A DNA stretch of 64,000 bases from Obrimoposthia wandeli (Eukaryota): assembly GCA_977020255.1 (NCBI GenBank), contig CDROCS010002814.1:124001-188000 (forward strand), in the 5' to 3' direction. Under the pieces are notes generated by a model. The model saw nothing but the letters and a program-made list of their open reading frames with translations. It searched no databases and was not told where the DNA came from. Position 1 is the stretch's first letter. Each line of letters opens with the position of its first letter. Made by a program: the position numbers and the translations under genes. Positions 19,862-29,895 of this stretch are shown here, piece by piece.

Positions 19862-20626
19862 ATGAAAAATTTAAATGATACAGCCCTTTATAATTATGTG
19901 TTGGGTTTGGCAGATGATGCTTTAATTTTAGGGCAGCGCACCAGTGAATGGTGCTCAAGAGGTCCTTTTCTAGAAGAAGATATCGCGTTGAGCAATTTGG
20001 CGCTAGATTATATTGGTCGTGCTCGCATGTTTTACCAATATGCGGCGCAAATTGAAGGCGAGGGCAGAAGCGAAGATGATTTAGCTTACTTTCGCGATGA
20101 GCGTGAATACACCAATTTATTGATAAACGAGCTGCCTAATTTTGATTTTGGCTTCTCGATTGTACGTCAATACTTTATCGATACACATGCTTGCTTATAC
20201 TTAGAGCAATTGCAACATAGTAGCGATCAACGGTTAGCTCAAATTGCGGCTAAGGCAATTAAAGAGAGCCGTTACCATCTTAAGCGCAGCGAAACTTGGG
20301 TACTACAGTTAGGCCAAGGTACCATTGAGAGTCACGAGCGCATGCAAAATGCGATAGATGAGTTATGGGGCTACACACCAGAGATGTTTATCAGCACGCC
20401 ATTTGAAACGCAATTGTTAGAAACTAATGTTGCCGTGGCAAGAGAGGGTTTAAAAGATAAATGGACAGCCCAAGTAACAGCGCATATAAAAGCTTCAGCA
20501 CTACAAGTCCCTGAGCAGCAATGGCAAGTGGTTGGCGGTAGAAAAGGTGATCACTCAGAGCACTTAGGGCATTTATTAGCGAATATGCAAATTATCCAGC
20601 GCAGCTATCCAGGCCTCGAGTGGTAA
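19862..20626 (+). CDS. paaC: Phenylacetyl-CoA epoxidase subunit C
   Basis: DDALILGQR.SEWC, EEDIALSN.ALD, KESRYH. Confidence 0.96.
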   Translation: MKNLNDTALYNYVLGLADDALILGQRTSEWCSRGPFLEEDIALSNLALDYIGRARMFYQYAAQIEGEGRSEDDLAYFRDEREYTNLLINELPNFDFGFSIVRQYFIDTHACLYLEQLQHSSDQRLAQIAAKAIKESRYHLKRSETWVLQLGQGTIESHERMQNAIDELWGYTPEMFISTPFETQLLETNVAVAREGLKDKWTAQVTAHIKASALQVPEQQWQVVGGRKGDHSEHLGHLLANMQIIQRSYPGLEW

Positions 20627-21135
20627 CTATGCAAAATATATCACTAGTGACTCCAGAATACGCCGATAGACGTGCAATACGCGCTAACTCCGATTGCCCG
20701 CAGCTGTGGGCGATATTAGATAAGGTTTTTGATCCAGAGCTACCCGCAGTGACTATTTGGGATTTGGGTATTTTGGTGGATGTGCAAGCGCTGGATGAGA
20801 AAAATTGCACGGTCGTCGTCAGCCCAACTTATAGCGGCTGTCCCGCAATCGGCGTGATAAGTGATGATATTAAAATCGCATTACAACATGCAGGGTACAG
20901 TTGCGTAGATGTACAAGTGTCTCTAGCGCCTGCTTGGTGCACTGATTTAATTTCGCCAGCGGGTAAAGCTGCGATGTTACAGCAAGGTATCGCACCACCT
21001 GCAGAAAAGGTAGTTTGCCCGCAGTGCCAAAGTGAAAGCGTTGCATTAATTAGTCAATTTGGCTCTACAGCCTGTAAAGCACTTTATCGTTGTAAAAGCT
21101 GCTTAGAGCCATTTGATTATTTTAAAGATTTTTAG
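20620..21135 (+). CDS. paaD: Phenylacetyl-CoA epoxidase subunit D
   Basis: DPELP...DLGI, PTYSGCPA, CPQC.S, FGSTACKALYRC..CLEPFDYFK. Confidence 0.95.
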   Translation: MVTMQNISLVTPEYADRRAIRANSDCPQLWAILDKVFDPELPAVTIWDLGILVDVQALDEKNCTVVVSPTYSGCPAIGVISDDIKIALQHAGYSCVDVQVSLAPAWCTDLISPAGKAAMLQQGIAPPAEKVVCPQCQSESVALISQFGSTACKALYRCKSCLEPFDYFKDF

Positions 21136-21144
21136 GGAATAGTT

Positions 21145-22205
21145 ATGAATGTCGAATTTTATCCATTAAAAGTTAGTAATATCAACAGATTATGTCCTGA
21201 TGCGGTCGCTATAGACTTTGCCGTAGATAGCCATTTAACAGAAGTGTTTAAGTTCTACCATGGTCAACATCTAATTATTGAAGCTGAAATTAAAGGCGAA
21301 AAAGTACGTCGCTCATATTCAATTAGTGTCGGTAGCAATAGCGATGCTCTACAAGTGGGTATTAAAAAAATCAACCAAGGTGTGTTCTCAAGCTTTGCCA
21401 ATGAACAGTTACAAGTAGGTGATACATTACAAGTTATGCCGCCTCAAGGGCACTTTTACACACCGCTAGATAAAAGCCAGCATAAGCACTACGCTCTTAT
21501 TGCAGCAGGTAGTGGTATTACACCAATGTTATCTATCGCTGAATCTGTATTAGCGACAGAGCCAAATGCGCAAGTCACATTATTATTTGGTAATAAAACG
21601 CTACGTGCCGTTTCATGATGCCATGGGTTAGTTTCTTTAAAAACCGCCGGCATGCAGCGTTTTTCAGCACAAGAGAAGAGCAAGAAGCAGAAGTATTGCA
21701 CGGCAGATTAAGTGGTGAAAAGCTGATTGCGCTGGAGCAAAACCACCTTATAAATATGAGCAGCTTTGATGAGTGCTTTTTATGTGGCCCTCAGAAGATG
21801 GTTAAGTCTGTTAAAACTGCGTTATTAAATGCAGGTGTAGGCGCGCAAAATATTCACTACGAGTTATTTTACGCAGGTGATGAAGTGCTACCTGAATTAA
21901 CCGCAGCGCAAAAATCAGATCACAGTATTAAAGAAGTTATTGTTAAATCAGGCGGGCGCAAGCTAACGTTAGAGTTAACAGCAACCGGCACTAATATATT
22001 AGATTCAGCTATGGAGCACGGCTTGGACTTGCCTTTTAGTTGTAAAGGAGGCGTGTGTGCAACCTGTAAGGCTAAAGTAGTGAGTGGCGAAGTACGTATG
22101 GATAGAAACCACAGTTTAACGGATGAAGAGGTGGCTCAAGGGATGATTTTAACATGCCAATCGCATCCTGTTTCTGCGCGTGTTGAAGTTGACTACGATG
22201 TGTAA
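21145..22205 (+). pseudogene. paaE: Phenylacetyl-CoA epoxidase reductase subunit E, frame-disrupted near 21600-21660
   Basis: N-part has RRSYSI and AAGSGITP; C-part has FLCGP and the 2Fe-2S motif CKGGVCATC...C. The halves are in different frames; this may be an assembly error. Confidence 0.85.
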
Positions 22206-22254
22206 AGATTAACTGATAAACTCAGTTGTTTTCAAACTGTTTTAAGCTTAAAAT

Positions 22255-22292
22255 AAAGCCTGATAGAGAACTCTTTATCAGGCTTTTGTTTT
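22255..22292 (+). terminator. Rho-independent terminator after paaE
   Basis: AAAGCCTGATA...TATCAGGCTTT followed by a T-run. Confidence 0.7.
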
Positions 22293-22386
22293 TTAAAATT
22301 ATAATTAGCGCCTTGATGCCGTCAGCTTAAACGATATTAAACAGTAGTAAGGCTCTGTTACCCACCAACCCACTTTGGAGTACGCA

Positions 22387-24429
22387 ATGTCCCTCGTGAA
22401 TATCCGCATTATTGAACAAACAGCACTGATCGAAATTAACTCACCTCCTGTAAATGCGCTCAGTGCGCAATTGCGTTCAGAGTTAATCGCAGCGGTCTTA
22501 AAAGCACCAACAATGCAAGGTGTTAGTTCAATTGTGCTGCATTGTTTGGGAAGTACTTTTATTTGCGGCGCTGATATTCGTGAATTTGATGGTGCGCCAT
22601 TGGCGCCACACCTACCTGAACTCATAGCGTTACTAGAAGCTTGTCCATTGCCAGTCATTGCTTTGTTGCATGGGCATGTACTGGGAGGTGGGCTAGAAGT
22701 AGCAGCAGCTTGTCATTATCGAATAGCGTTAGATAATACTAATATTGGATTGCCAGAAGTAGGCTTGGGCGTAGTACCTGGAGCGGGCGGTTGTCAGCGA
22801 ATGATGCGTCTTGTCGGCATTGAGAATACTGTAAAGCTGGCGACATCAGGTAGAGCGGTTAAAGTTACCAATCAAAACTATAGCGGAGCTTGTGATTATC
22901 TTATTGATAGTAAGCAAGATTTATTAACAGCAGGTCTTGCTTGGGTGCAAGCGCAAATAGCCGCTGAGCAATTGCCCGTAAAAATAACGAGCGAACAGCC
23001 ATTAAGTGAGATTGATATCGATGTTGATTGGCAAAGCTTAGTTAAATCAGTGACCCGCAGCGCCAAAAGTAATCCTGCTCCTTTGCGCCTGCTAACACAA
23101 TTGCAAGCAGATTGGCAGTTGCCTGTCATAGAAGGTGAGAGCAATACAAGAGAGTTGTTTTTAGAATTGCGCCAATCTGTGGCTGCAAAAGCATTACGGC
23201 ATGCTTTTTTTGTAGAGAAAAAAATGCAGGCAGGGCGCAGCAACCAACCTTTCTCAATACAACAAGTAGCAGTGATTGGTGCAGGCACTATGGGCAGTGC
23301 TATCGCCATTTGTTTTGCAGATGCAGGTTTTGAAGTACTGTTGTTAGAGCAATCCACAGAAGCCTTAGACAGAGGGCTTGCCAGAATTAAAGATGAATAT
23401 AATCGCAGCTGTCAAAAGGGGCGTATTAATGCACAGCAATGTGAAACGCGCATTAATTTGATAGTAGGTGGGTGTGATTATGCCGCGCTAGCAAATGCTG
23501 ATTTAGTCATAGAAGCTGCGTTTGAAAGCTTAGAAGTTAAACAAAGTATTTTTAAAGCGCTGGATGCAGTGTGTAAAGATAGTGCTATTTTAGCCACAAA
23601 CACTTCTTACCTTGATATTGATGTAATAGCGCAATCAACTAGTCGAGCTGAATCAGTAGTGGGGCTGCATTTTTTCAGCCCAGCTAATATTATGAAATTG
23701 TTAGAAATTGTAAAAGCAGAAAAAACAGATGACGCTGTGATCACCCAAATGCAGCAACTGGCTAAAAAACTGCGCAAGCAAGCGGTAACCGTGGGTGTTT
23801 GTTTCGGCTTTGCCGCTAACAGAATTTATACGCGCTATGGGCGCGAAGTACAGCAAATGTTGTTAGAAGGTGCTTCTATTGATTTAGTCGATAAGGCGAT
23901 GCGAGACTTTGGTATGGCGATGGGGCCATTGGCAGTGCAAGATTTATCAGGCATTGATATTGGTCATAATGCGCGATCTCAGTACCCACAACCAGAGCAT
24001 GATGTAGGCTATTTTAAAGTGTCTGCCGCCTTGGTAAAAGCTGGGCGGTTGGGTCGTAAAACAAGCTCTGGCTTTTATAATTATGCAACGGATAAGCCAG
24101 AAATAGATCAAGAAGTTATTGATATCATTGCGCAATTGGCTAAAGATTTAAACATACCACAAACCACTTTTGATTTATCAACGATTCAACAGCGCGCCAT
24201 TTTGGCGATGATCAGTGAAGCGATGAAAGTCATAAAAGAGGGAATTGTGAGCGATAAAGAGGCAATTGATTTGATTTGGTTACACGGCTATGGGTTCCCA
24301 AGAGCAAAAGGCGGCCCAATGTTTCAAGCGGCTCAATGGGGCGCTGCTGAGCTAACCTCTAAAATGGCGGTATTAAGTGATGCATATGGCGATAAAATAT
24401 GGCCTAAATTAAATTTTGAGAATGTGTAG
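22387..24429 (+). CDS. Bifunctional enoyl-CoA hydratase / 3-hydroxyacyl-CoA dehydrogenase (FadB/FadJ-like)
   Basis: FICGADI, LGGGLE...LPEVGLG, GAGTMG, ATNTS, GLHFFSPA; ATG at 22387 follows a GGAG RBS. Confidence 0.9.
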   Translation: MSLVNIRIIEQTALIEINSPPVNALSAQLRSELIAAVLKAPTMQGVSSIVLHCLGSTFICGADIREFDGAPLAPHLPELIALLEACPLPVIALLHGHVLGGGLEVAAACHYRIALDNTNIGLPEVGLGVVPGAGGCQRMMRLVGIENTVKLATSGRAVKVTNQNYSGACDYLIDSKQDLLTAGLAWVQAQIAAEQLPVKITSEQPLSEIDIDVDWQSLVKSVTRSAKSNPAPLRLLTQLQADWQLPVIEGESNTRELFLELRQSVAAKALRHAFFVEKKMQAGRSNQPFSIQQVAVIGAGTMGSAIAICFADAGFEVLLLEQSTEALDRGLARIKDEYNRSCQKGRINAQQCETRINLIVGGCDYAALANADLVIEAAFESLEVKQSIFKALDAVCKDSAILATNTSYLDIDVIAQSTSRAESVVGLHFFSPANIMKLLEIVKAEKTDDAVITQMQQLAKKLRKQAVTVGVCFGFAANRIYTRYGREVQQMLLEGASIDLVDKAMRDFGMAMGPLAVQDLSGIDIGHNARSQYPQPEHDVGYFKVSAALVKAGRLGRKTSSGFYNYATDKPEIDQEVIDIIAQLAKDLNIPQTTFDLSTIQQRAILAMISEAMKVIKEGIVSDKEAIDLIWLHGYGFPRAKGGPMFQAAQWGAAELTSKMAVLSDAYGDKIWPKLNFENV

Positions 24430-24631
24430 TATAAGTTAGATTACAATCGGTATAATTAGTTGTCTTCGCTATTGTGCTACTATGAATTTAGTAACAGGAT
24501 AGCGTAAAGACAGTTTTTTTACGTATTTTATAATCCCTAAATATGCATTAGTTTCAGTTTCTCTGCAGGTAGCTTTCACTATTAAACTGAAATTTATCTT
24601 TGACTAAAATTAACGAAAAACTTATGTTAAT

Positions 24632-24687
24632 AGTATTAAGTATTAAGTATTAAGTATTAAGTATTAAGTATTAAGTATTAAGTATTA
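24632..24687. repeat. Tandem heptamer (AGTATTA)x8
   Basis: Eight perfect units counted directly. Confidence 0.97.
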
Positions 24688-25251
24688 AAAATATACACCA
24701 GTTTAATAAATTGATGTTGTGAATTTTTAACGCGTCGATATAACACTTTCAGTAAACTTTAGCGTTACTTAAAATTTACTACGATAGTTTAGTGGGAAGT
24801 TAATGTATTTAGCTATGATTTATCCAACAATTTTTCATAAGTCTATAAAGAGCAAAATGTATTAAGTTTTAGTTAATTTATGACTAATGCTATTTATTCT
24901 AGATAGCTCTTATGCATCTAAACTTATTGTGAATAATGGAATGTTTATAAAGTTTAAGCTTTTTCACGTTTTCAAAGAGATAAATGATATTAAGCTCCAA
25001 TTAACCATAAAACACACGTTTTAAATTAAACTAGTGACTTCACGTGAATAATTAAATGTCAATTGACATTAGTATACATATATCATCTAATTCCAATAAA
25101 TTAAATGCCACATTCTATTTACTTTTTTATTATAAATAATTTATTTTATAAGGTTAAATTTTATGCGCAGGCATTATAAATAAGCAAATCTAAATGCTAA
25201 ACACGGCATATAAAAATACAAAATTATTTACTGGGAAAGCTATTAATTATT

Positions 25252-26958
25252 ATGCGACTACTTAATTCATTTAAAATAAAGAATTTATTAATTCTACTTT
25301 GCTCTATTTCATTAATATCCTTACTTTTGATTATTTTTAGCACCGTTTTTCAATTATTATCAATCAAAAAAGAATTAATCAATGTCGCTGAGAAGGACAT
25401 ACCACTGACTTCAATAGTGACTGAAATAGCGCTGAAGCAACTAGAGCAATCAATTGAATTTGAAAGAATACTGCATTATGGGGTTTTAAGGCAAATAGAT
25501 AAGGAATCTGGCCATGCTAACAGTAAATACGAAGATGCTAAGCAGCGCTTTTCTCAATTATCCGAGCAAGTTAATAATAACTTTAATCAGTCTGAAACTT
25601 TAATACATGAGATAAATAAATCATATTCAAATGCTAAAGATCAGCAAAAGCTGCTTGCATTTGAAGAAGAACTTGAAACGCTAGATAAATTGCATACTAG
25701 TTATGAGAAGCACGCTCAAAGTGTTATTTCAGTATTAAATGAGAATAAAATAAACCAAGCCGAGGCGCTTGCTACTGCTGTTGAAGAGGAAGAGGAGAGT
25801 CTCAATCATTCCATTGAAGATTTACTGAGGCAATTAGAAGCATTTACTCAAACTGCAGCGTTACGCGCAGAAGAACATGAAAAATCGGCTATTAAAGTTG
25901 TGGTCGTCATTGGTAGTTTAGCCGCTTTTTTAATTATCCTGTTTAGTCTCTTTATTTCAAAAACCATTATCAATCAAATTTCTATTACTCGTAGAGCTAT
26001 TTCGCAGATCGTACAAGATTTTGATTTAACATTGCGTTTAAATGATGTGGGTGACAATGAATTTACCCATCTATCTCGCGACCTTAATTCATTATTTCAA
26101 ACACTCAATGAATCTATTGGTAGTGTCATTGTTAGCTCAAACCAATTAGCATCTGCTTCAGAAGAGTTGTCAGCTATTTCCGTACAAAATGCAGCGGCAG
26201 TGATTGAGCAATATAAAGAAATAGATCAAGTGAGTGTTTCTATTGACGAGCTTTCGGCTACAGCCAATGATGTTGCCACAGTTACCAACAATGCTGCTGT
26301 TCTGGTTACCGATACTGAAATTGTCGTTGGTGAAGGGACACACGTCGTGACACAAAACCTTGCTTCTATGCGTGATCTTGAAGAGAACATCAATACTACA
26401 AACAGTGTTGTAGAGCAGTTGAACGCCTATTCAAATGGGATATCAATCGTACTGGACACCATCCAATCAGTTGCAGAGCAAACCAACTTACTCGCTTTAA
26501 ACGCCGCGATAGAAGCTGCGCGCGCAGGTGAAGCAGGAAGAGGCTTTGCAGTAGTGGCCGATGAAGTACGAAACCTCGCGAATAGTACTCAGGCATTAAC
26601 AGATAAAATTAGGGAACAAATTAACAATCTACAAAACGGGTCACATCAAGCAATTAGCATGATGCGAAGTAGCCAACAAAGTGCGAACTTAGTGCTTAAC
26701 ATGACAAAAGATGCAGATAGTGCACTGCAAAAAATATCTCTGGCGATTCAAACGATTAGCGATTCAAATACTCAAATATCATCAGCAGCTGAGCAGCAAA
26801 ATGCTGTGACACAAGGTATAAGCCAGAATATGGCAAATATTCGAAATATAGCACAAGAAAACTCTGTTTCGTCAGAGCAAACGACTCAGTCCAGTGAAGA
26901 ACTAGCAACCTTAGCATCAATGCTTTATAGGAATTGCATGCAATTCAAAGTCAACTAA
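25252..26958 (+). CDS. Methyl-accepting chemotaxis protein
   Basis: Two TM segments, periplasmic helical bundle, [41 protein letters not shown]. Confidence 0.95.
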   Translation: MRLLNSFKIKNLLILLCSISLISLLLIIFSTVFQLLSIKKELINVAEKDIPLTSIVTEIALKQLEQSIEFERILHYGVLRQIDKESGHANSKYEDAKQRFSQLSEQVNNNFNQSETLIHEINKSYSNAKDQQKLLAFEEELETLDKLHTSYEKHAQSVISVLNENKINQAEALATAVEEEEESLNHSIEDLLRQLEAFTQTAALRAEEHEKSAIKVVVVIGSLAAFLIILFSLFISKTIINQISITRRAISQIVQDFDLTLRLNDVGDNEFTHLSRDLNSLFQTLNESIGSVIVSSNQLASASEELSAISVQNAAAVIEQYKEIDQVSVSIDELSATANDVATVTNNAAVLVTDTEIVVGEGTHVVTQNLASMRDLEENINTTNSVVEQLNAYSNGISIVLDTIQSVAEQTNLLALNAAIEAARAGEAGRGFAVVADEVRNLANSTQALTDKIREQINNLQNGSHQAISMMRSSQQSANLVLNMTKDADSALQKISLAIQTISDSNTQISSAAEQQNAVTQGISQNMANIRNIAQENSVSSEQTTQSSEELATLASMLYRNCMQFKVN

Positions 26959-27250
26959 GCTCAAAGCTAGTCAGTGTTGATGATGCTTTTCATAAAGTAT
27001 AGAAGCAGTATAGGGCAGCTAATGAGCATGCAACAGCTTTAGCTGTGAGTAGAGTTTTAATCAAAATAGGCCAAAAAGTAGAATCAATAGCCACTGTTTA
27101 TAGATATTACCGGTGTAAATAAGTTTTCAGTGTGTCTCATTTTTTGGTTATTGATTTGGTATTGCTAACAGTAAATGTGTGCAATTAAGTACTGCTGTTT
27201 TTAAATTGAAAAGATCTGCTTGAAAAATGTATAAAATTACGCATTAAGTA

Positions 27251-27892
27251 TTAAACGTAGCTTTCATCAATCACTAAGCTAGAAAAATCTTTCCGTGCTT
27301 GCCACTTTTTTTGCTCAAGTTCAGGCGATGCGTAAAATTGATCGACATAGCCTAAGCATAAATATGCCACTAGCTGGTTTTCCGCGGGGGCATTTACAAT
27401 CTCTTTTACTTTTTCAGGATCTAAAATACTTACCCAGCCTAAACCGATATTTAACGCTCTAGCCATTAGCCACATATTTTGCACAGCGCAAACCACGCTG
27501 TAAGGGCCCACTTCAGGCATGTTAGTTTGCCCTAATACCGGTTGTTTGCTCGGCGTATAAAAAACAGCAATGTTGAGGGGAGCTTCATGAATGCCTTCTA
27601 ATTTAAGCGCTGCATATTGTGACTGTTTTGCATCACCGAATTGTTGTTTCTCATTGATGTTTGCCGTTACAAAGGTTTCTTTTATGGCTTGTTTGCGTTC
27701 TTTATCCTTAATAATTACAAATTCCCAAGGTTGAGAAAATCCAACAGATGGGGCGTTGATGGCGGCGAATAAAATTTTATCGAGTGCGCTTTGTGGTATT
27801 TCTTTCGCTAAAAATCGATTGCCGCGAACATCTCTACGATGCAGCATGATTTGCTCTAAAGTTTCGCAATCTTGGTGGTTAAATTTTTTCAT
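27251..27892 (-). CDS. bluB: 5,6-dimethylbenzimidazole synthase (flavin destructase)
   Basis: RRDVRG, APSVGFSQPW, KLEGI.EAP, CAVQNMWL.ARA..IGLGWVS. Confidence 0.88.
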   Translation of the reverse strand: MKKFNHQDCETLEQIMLHRRDVRGNRFLAKEIPQSALDKILFAAINAPSVGFSQPWEFVIIKDKERKQAIKETFVTANINEKQQFGDAKQSQYAALKLEGIHEAPLNIAVFYTPSKQPVLGQTNMPEVGPYSVVCAVQNMWLMARALNIGLGWVSILDPEKVKEIVNAPAENQLVAYLCLGYVDQFYASPELEQKKWQARKDFSSLVIDESYV

Positions 27893-28048
27893 AAGCTACT
27901 TGCTGACCACTAAATTCAAAGTGGCATAATCTCTTAGTTATTTAAATTACGCAATGAATTTTACGCTACAGCATTAACAAAAAGCTTGCCTTCACTGGCT
28001 AGCACTACGATTCACTAATTGAATTTTTAATAATAGCGGATTTTGAAA

Positions 28049-29113
28049 TTAATGATGGTAGATGAAACCACCATACATATACTTGGTAGCTTCAGCGCCT
28101 AGTATTAATACTTTATCACCTAAGGATAATTTACCAGAGTGTATCAAGCCGGTTAAGCTAGCCCAAATCGCAGCAGAGCCTAAATTACCCCAATGTTTGG
28201 CATCGTTAACAACTTGTTCTTTTGTTATGTTTAGATGCTGGCTAATTAGGCTGTCAATATGACCATTGGCTTGATGGGGAATGATGTATTTAAAATCGGC
28301 TAATTTATAACCTTGCTGCTCAATAACGTCAATGCCTTTTAGAAATAGCTCAGCTCCTTGTGCTTTAACGTGCGTTGCATTGTGTTCAAAAAAGGGTAAG
28401 CCTTTTTCGCATTTAGCCTGCCCAGATCCGCCCCCTATTAATTGAAAGCCAGGTGGCTTGCCAATGCCAATATGGCCGCTAAAACTATGGCTTATATAGC
28501 TTTGATCAACATCATCCATAGCACTTAAAATAACAGCACTGGCACAGTCTCCCATTTGCACATAATTAATAAGCTGCTGCAAATCGATAAATTCATCATT
28601 GATATCAAAAAACACAGAACCCGTTTCAGATCCAACAATACAAATAGAGCCCATGCTGGGGTTGTGACAAAGCATAGGTACTGCAATTTGCAAGGCACTG
28701 GCAAAACCAGTGCAAGCTTGCCTTAACTCCATATAGGGGCTGCTAGAAGCTAAGCTGTCGCTGATCCATGCAGCGTTTGATGGAAGTAATGTGTGCGGTG
28801 TTGCAGTGTGTGATAGTAAATAACCAAATTGACCAACATCAGCCTTAGCGTTTTTCCTCGCTTGTTTAATCGCATTCACTGACAACTCGATAGCGCTAGG
28901 CGAGGGAGCGGATAAGGCGCTATCCAAACTGCGGCAAAGATAACGGCTTTCTATGCCTAAGCGCTTAGCAATAAACCGCGCTTGTCTAACTGAATTTTTT
29001 GAGCAGAGTAAGCCTAGTTTTTCTAATAAATGGTCATTCTTGATTAACTGATTTGGAAATGCGTTAGCGCAGCTTACTAGTTTTACTTTGCCTGTATTTA
29101 TTATCGCCGTCAT
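28049..29113 (-). CDS. Ketoacyl synthase III (FabH-like) family condensing enzyme
   Basis: Cys-His-Asn triad in RQACTGF, IIPHQAN and HWGNLGSA. Confidence 0.88.
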   Translation of the reverse strand: MTAIINTGKVKLVSCANAFPNQLIKNDHLLEKLGLLCSKNSVRQARFIAKRLGIESRYLCRSLDSALSAPSPSAIELSVNAIKQARKNAKADVGQFGYLLSHTATPHTLLPSNAAWISDSLASSSPYMELRQACTGFASALQIAVPMLCHNPSMGSICIVGSETGSVFFDINDEFIDLQQLINYVQMGDCASAVILSAMDDVDQSYISHSFSGHIGIGKPPGFQLIGGGSGQAKCEKGLPFFEHNATHVKAQGAELFLKGIDVIEQQGYKLADFKYIIPHQANGHIDSLISQHLNITKEQVVNDAKHWGNLGSAAIWASLTGLIHSGKLSLGDKVLILGAEATKYMYGGFIYHH

Positions 29114-29895
29114 TTTATTACTCTACTGGAGTCTGCTGTTTTTAATATGCGTTTAAACAAAATATGGCTATTAATTTGTAAATTTTGCAAGGCGGGTAAC
29201 TGAGTGTTGAGCATATTAACGAGTTGTTGCTGTATTTTTAAATCAATAAAGGTAGGTGTTTTTATAGCGTTTTTAAGCAGCATCGCACTGTGTTTTTTGG
29301 CTATATTTACATGTCGCGCTTCATCTTTTTTGATCAATCGAAAAAGCTCAGCTAGCGGGCTTTGATCAATACTGCTTTTAGCAACAGCGTCCATAAGTAG
29401 GCAAACACAAGTATCAAGCTGCGCGATTACTTGGAAATGCTGTGTAACAGTATTGGTTTGTTGTGCTATAGACGCATAAAAGCGCTGCGCTATGCGTTTT
29501 ATTTTGTGCTGCTCGCTAGCGGCGGGTAATTTATCAAGAATAAACTGCAATGCTTGTTCGTGGATGCGTTCATCTGCTTCAATTTGTTGCAAATAAAGCA
29601 TCGCTTTTTGCTGCTCTAATTCGTTGATAGCTGGGTGATTATCACTCGCTTGGTTTATTCTGCTGCTTTCAGTATTAAAAACGTGTATGGCAGATTGCTC
29701 GCCACACAAGAGTAATGGAATTAAATTTGCCAAAGCGAGTTGCTGTACTTTTGATAGTTCAAACACATCGTTTTTGTGTGTTATTAACCATTGTGCTATT
29801 GGGTGTTGAGCTTTAATAACACAATTGCCGTGACGATTATTTAGGTTGTTTTCACTGTTTGTATGTGATTCAGGCAGAGCAAAGCAGCGCATCAA
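29110..29895 (-). CDS. Ferritin-like diiron-carboxylate protein
   Basis: Helical pattern with E66, E109xxH112, D161, E192xxH195. Confidence 0.75.
   Translation of the reverse strand: MMRCFALPESHTNSENNLNNRHGNCVIKAQHPIAQWLITHKNDVFELSKVQQLALANLIPLLLCGEQSAIHVFNTESSRINQASDNHPAINELEQQKAMLYLQQIEADERIHEQALQFILDKLPAASEQHKIKRIAQRFYASIAQQTNTVTQHFQVIAQLDTCVCLLMDAVAKSSIDQSPLAELFRLIKKDEARHVNIAKKHSAMLLKNAIKTPTFIDLKIQQQLVNMLNTQLPALQNLQINSHILFKRILKTADSSRVIK

Noticed and set aside
27893-28048. Cobalamin riboswitch upstream of bluB
   Set aside because: The spacer is short and AT-rich, and I found no B12-box motifs.
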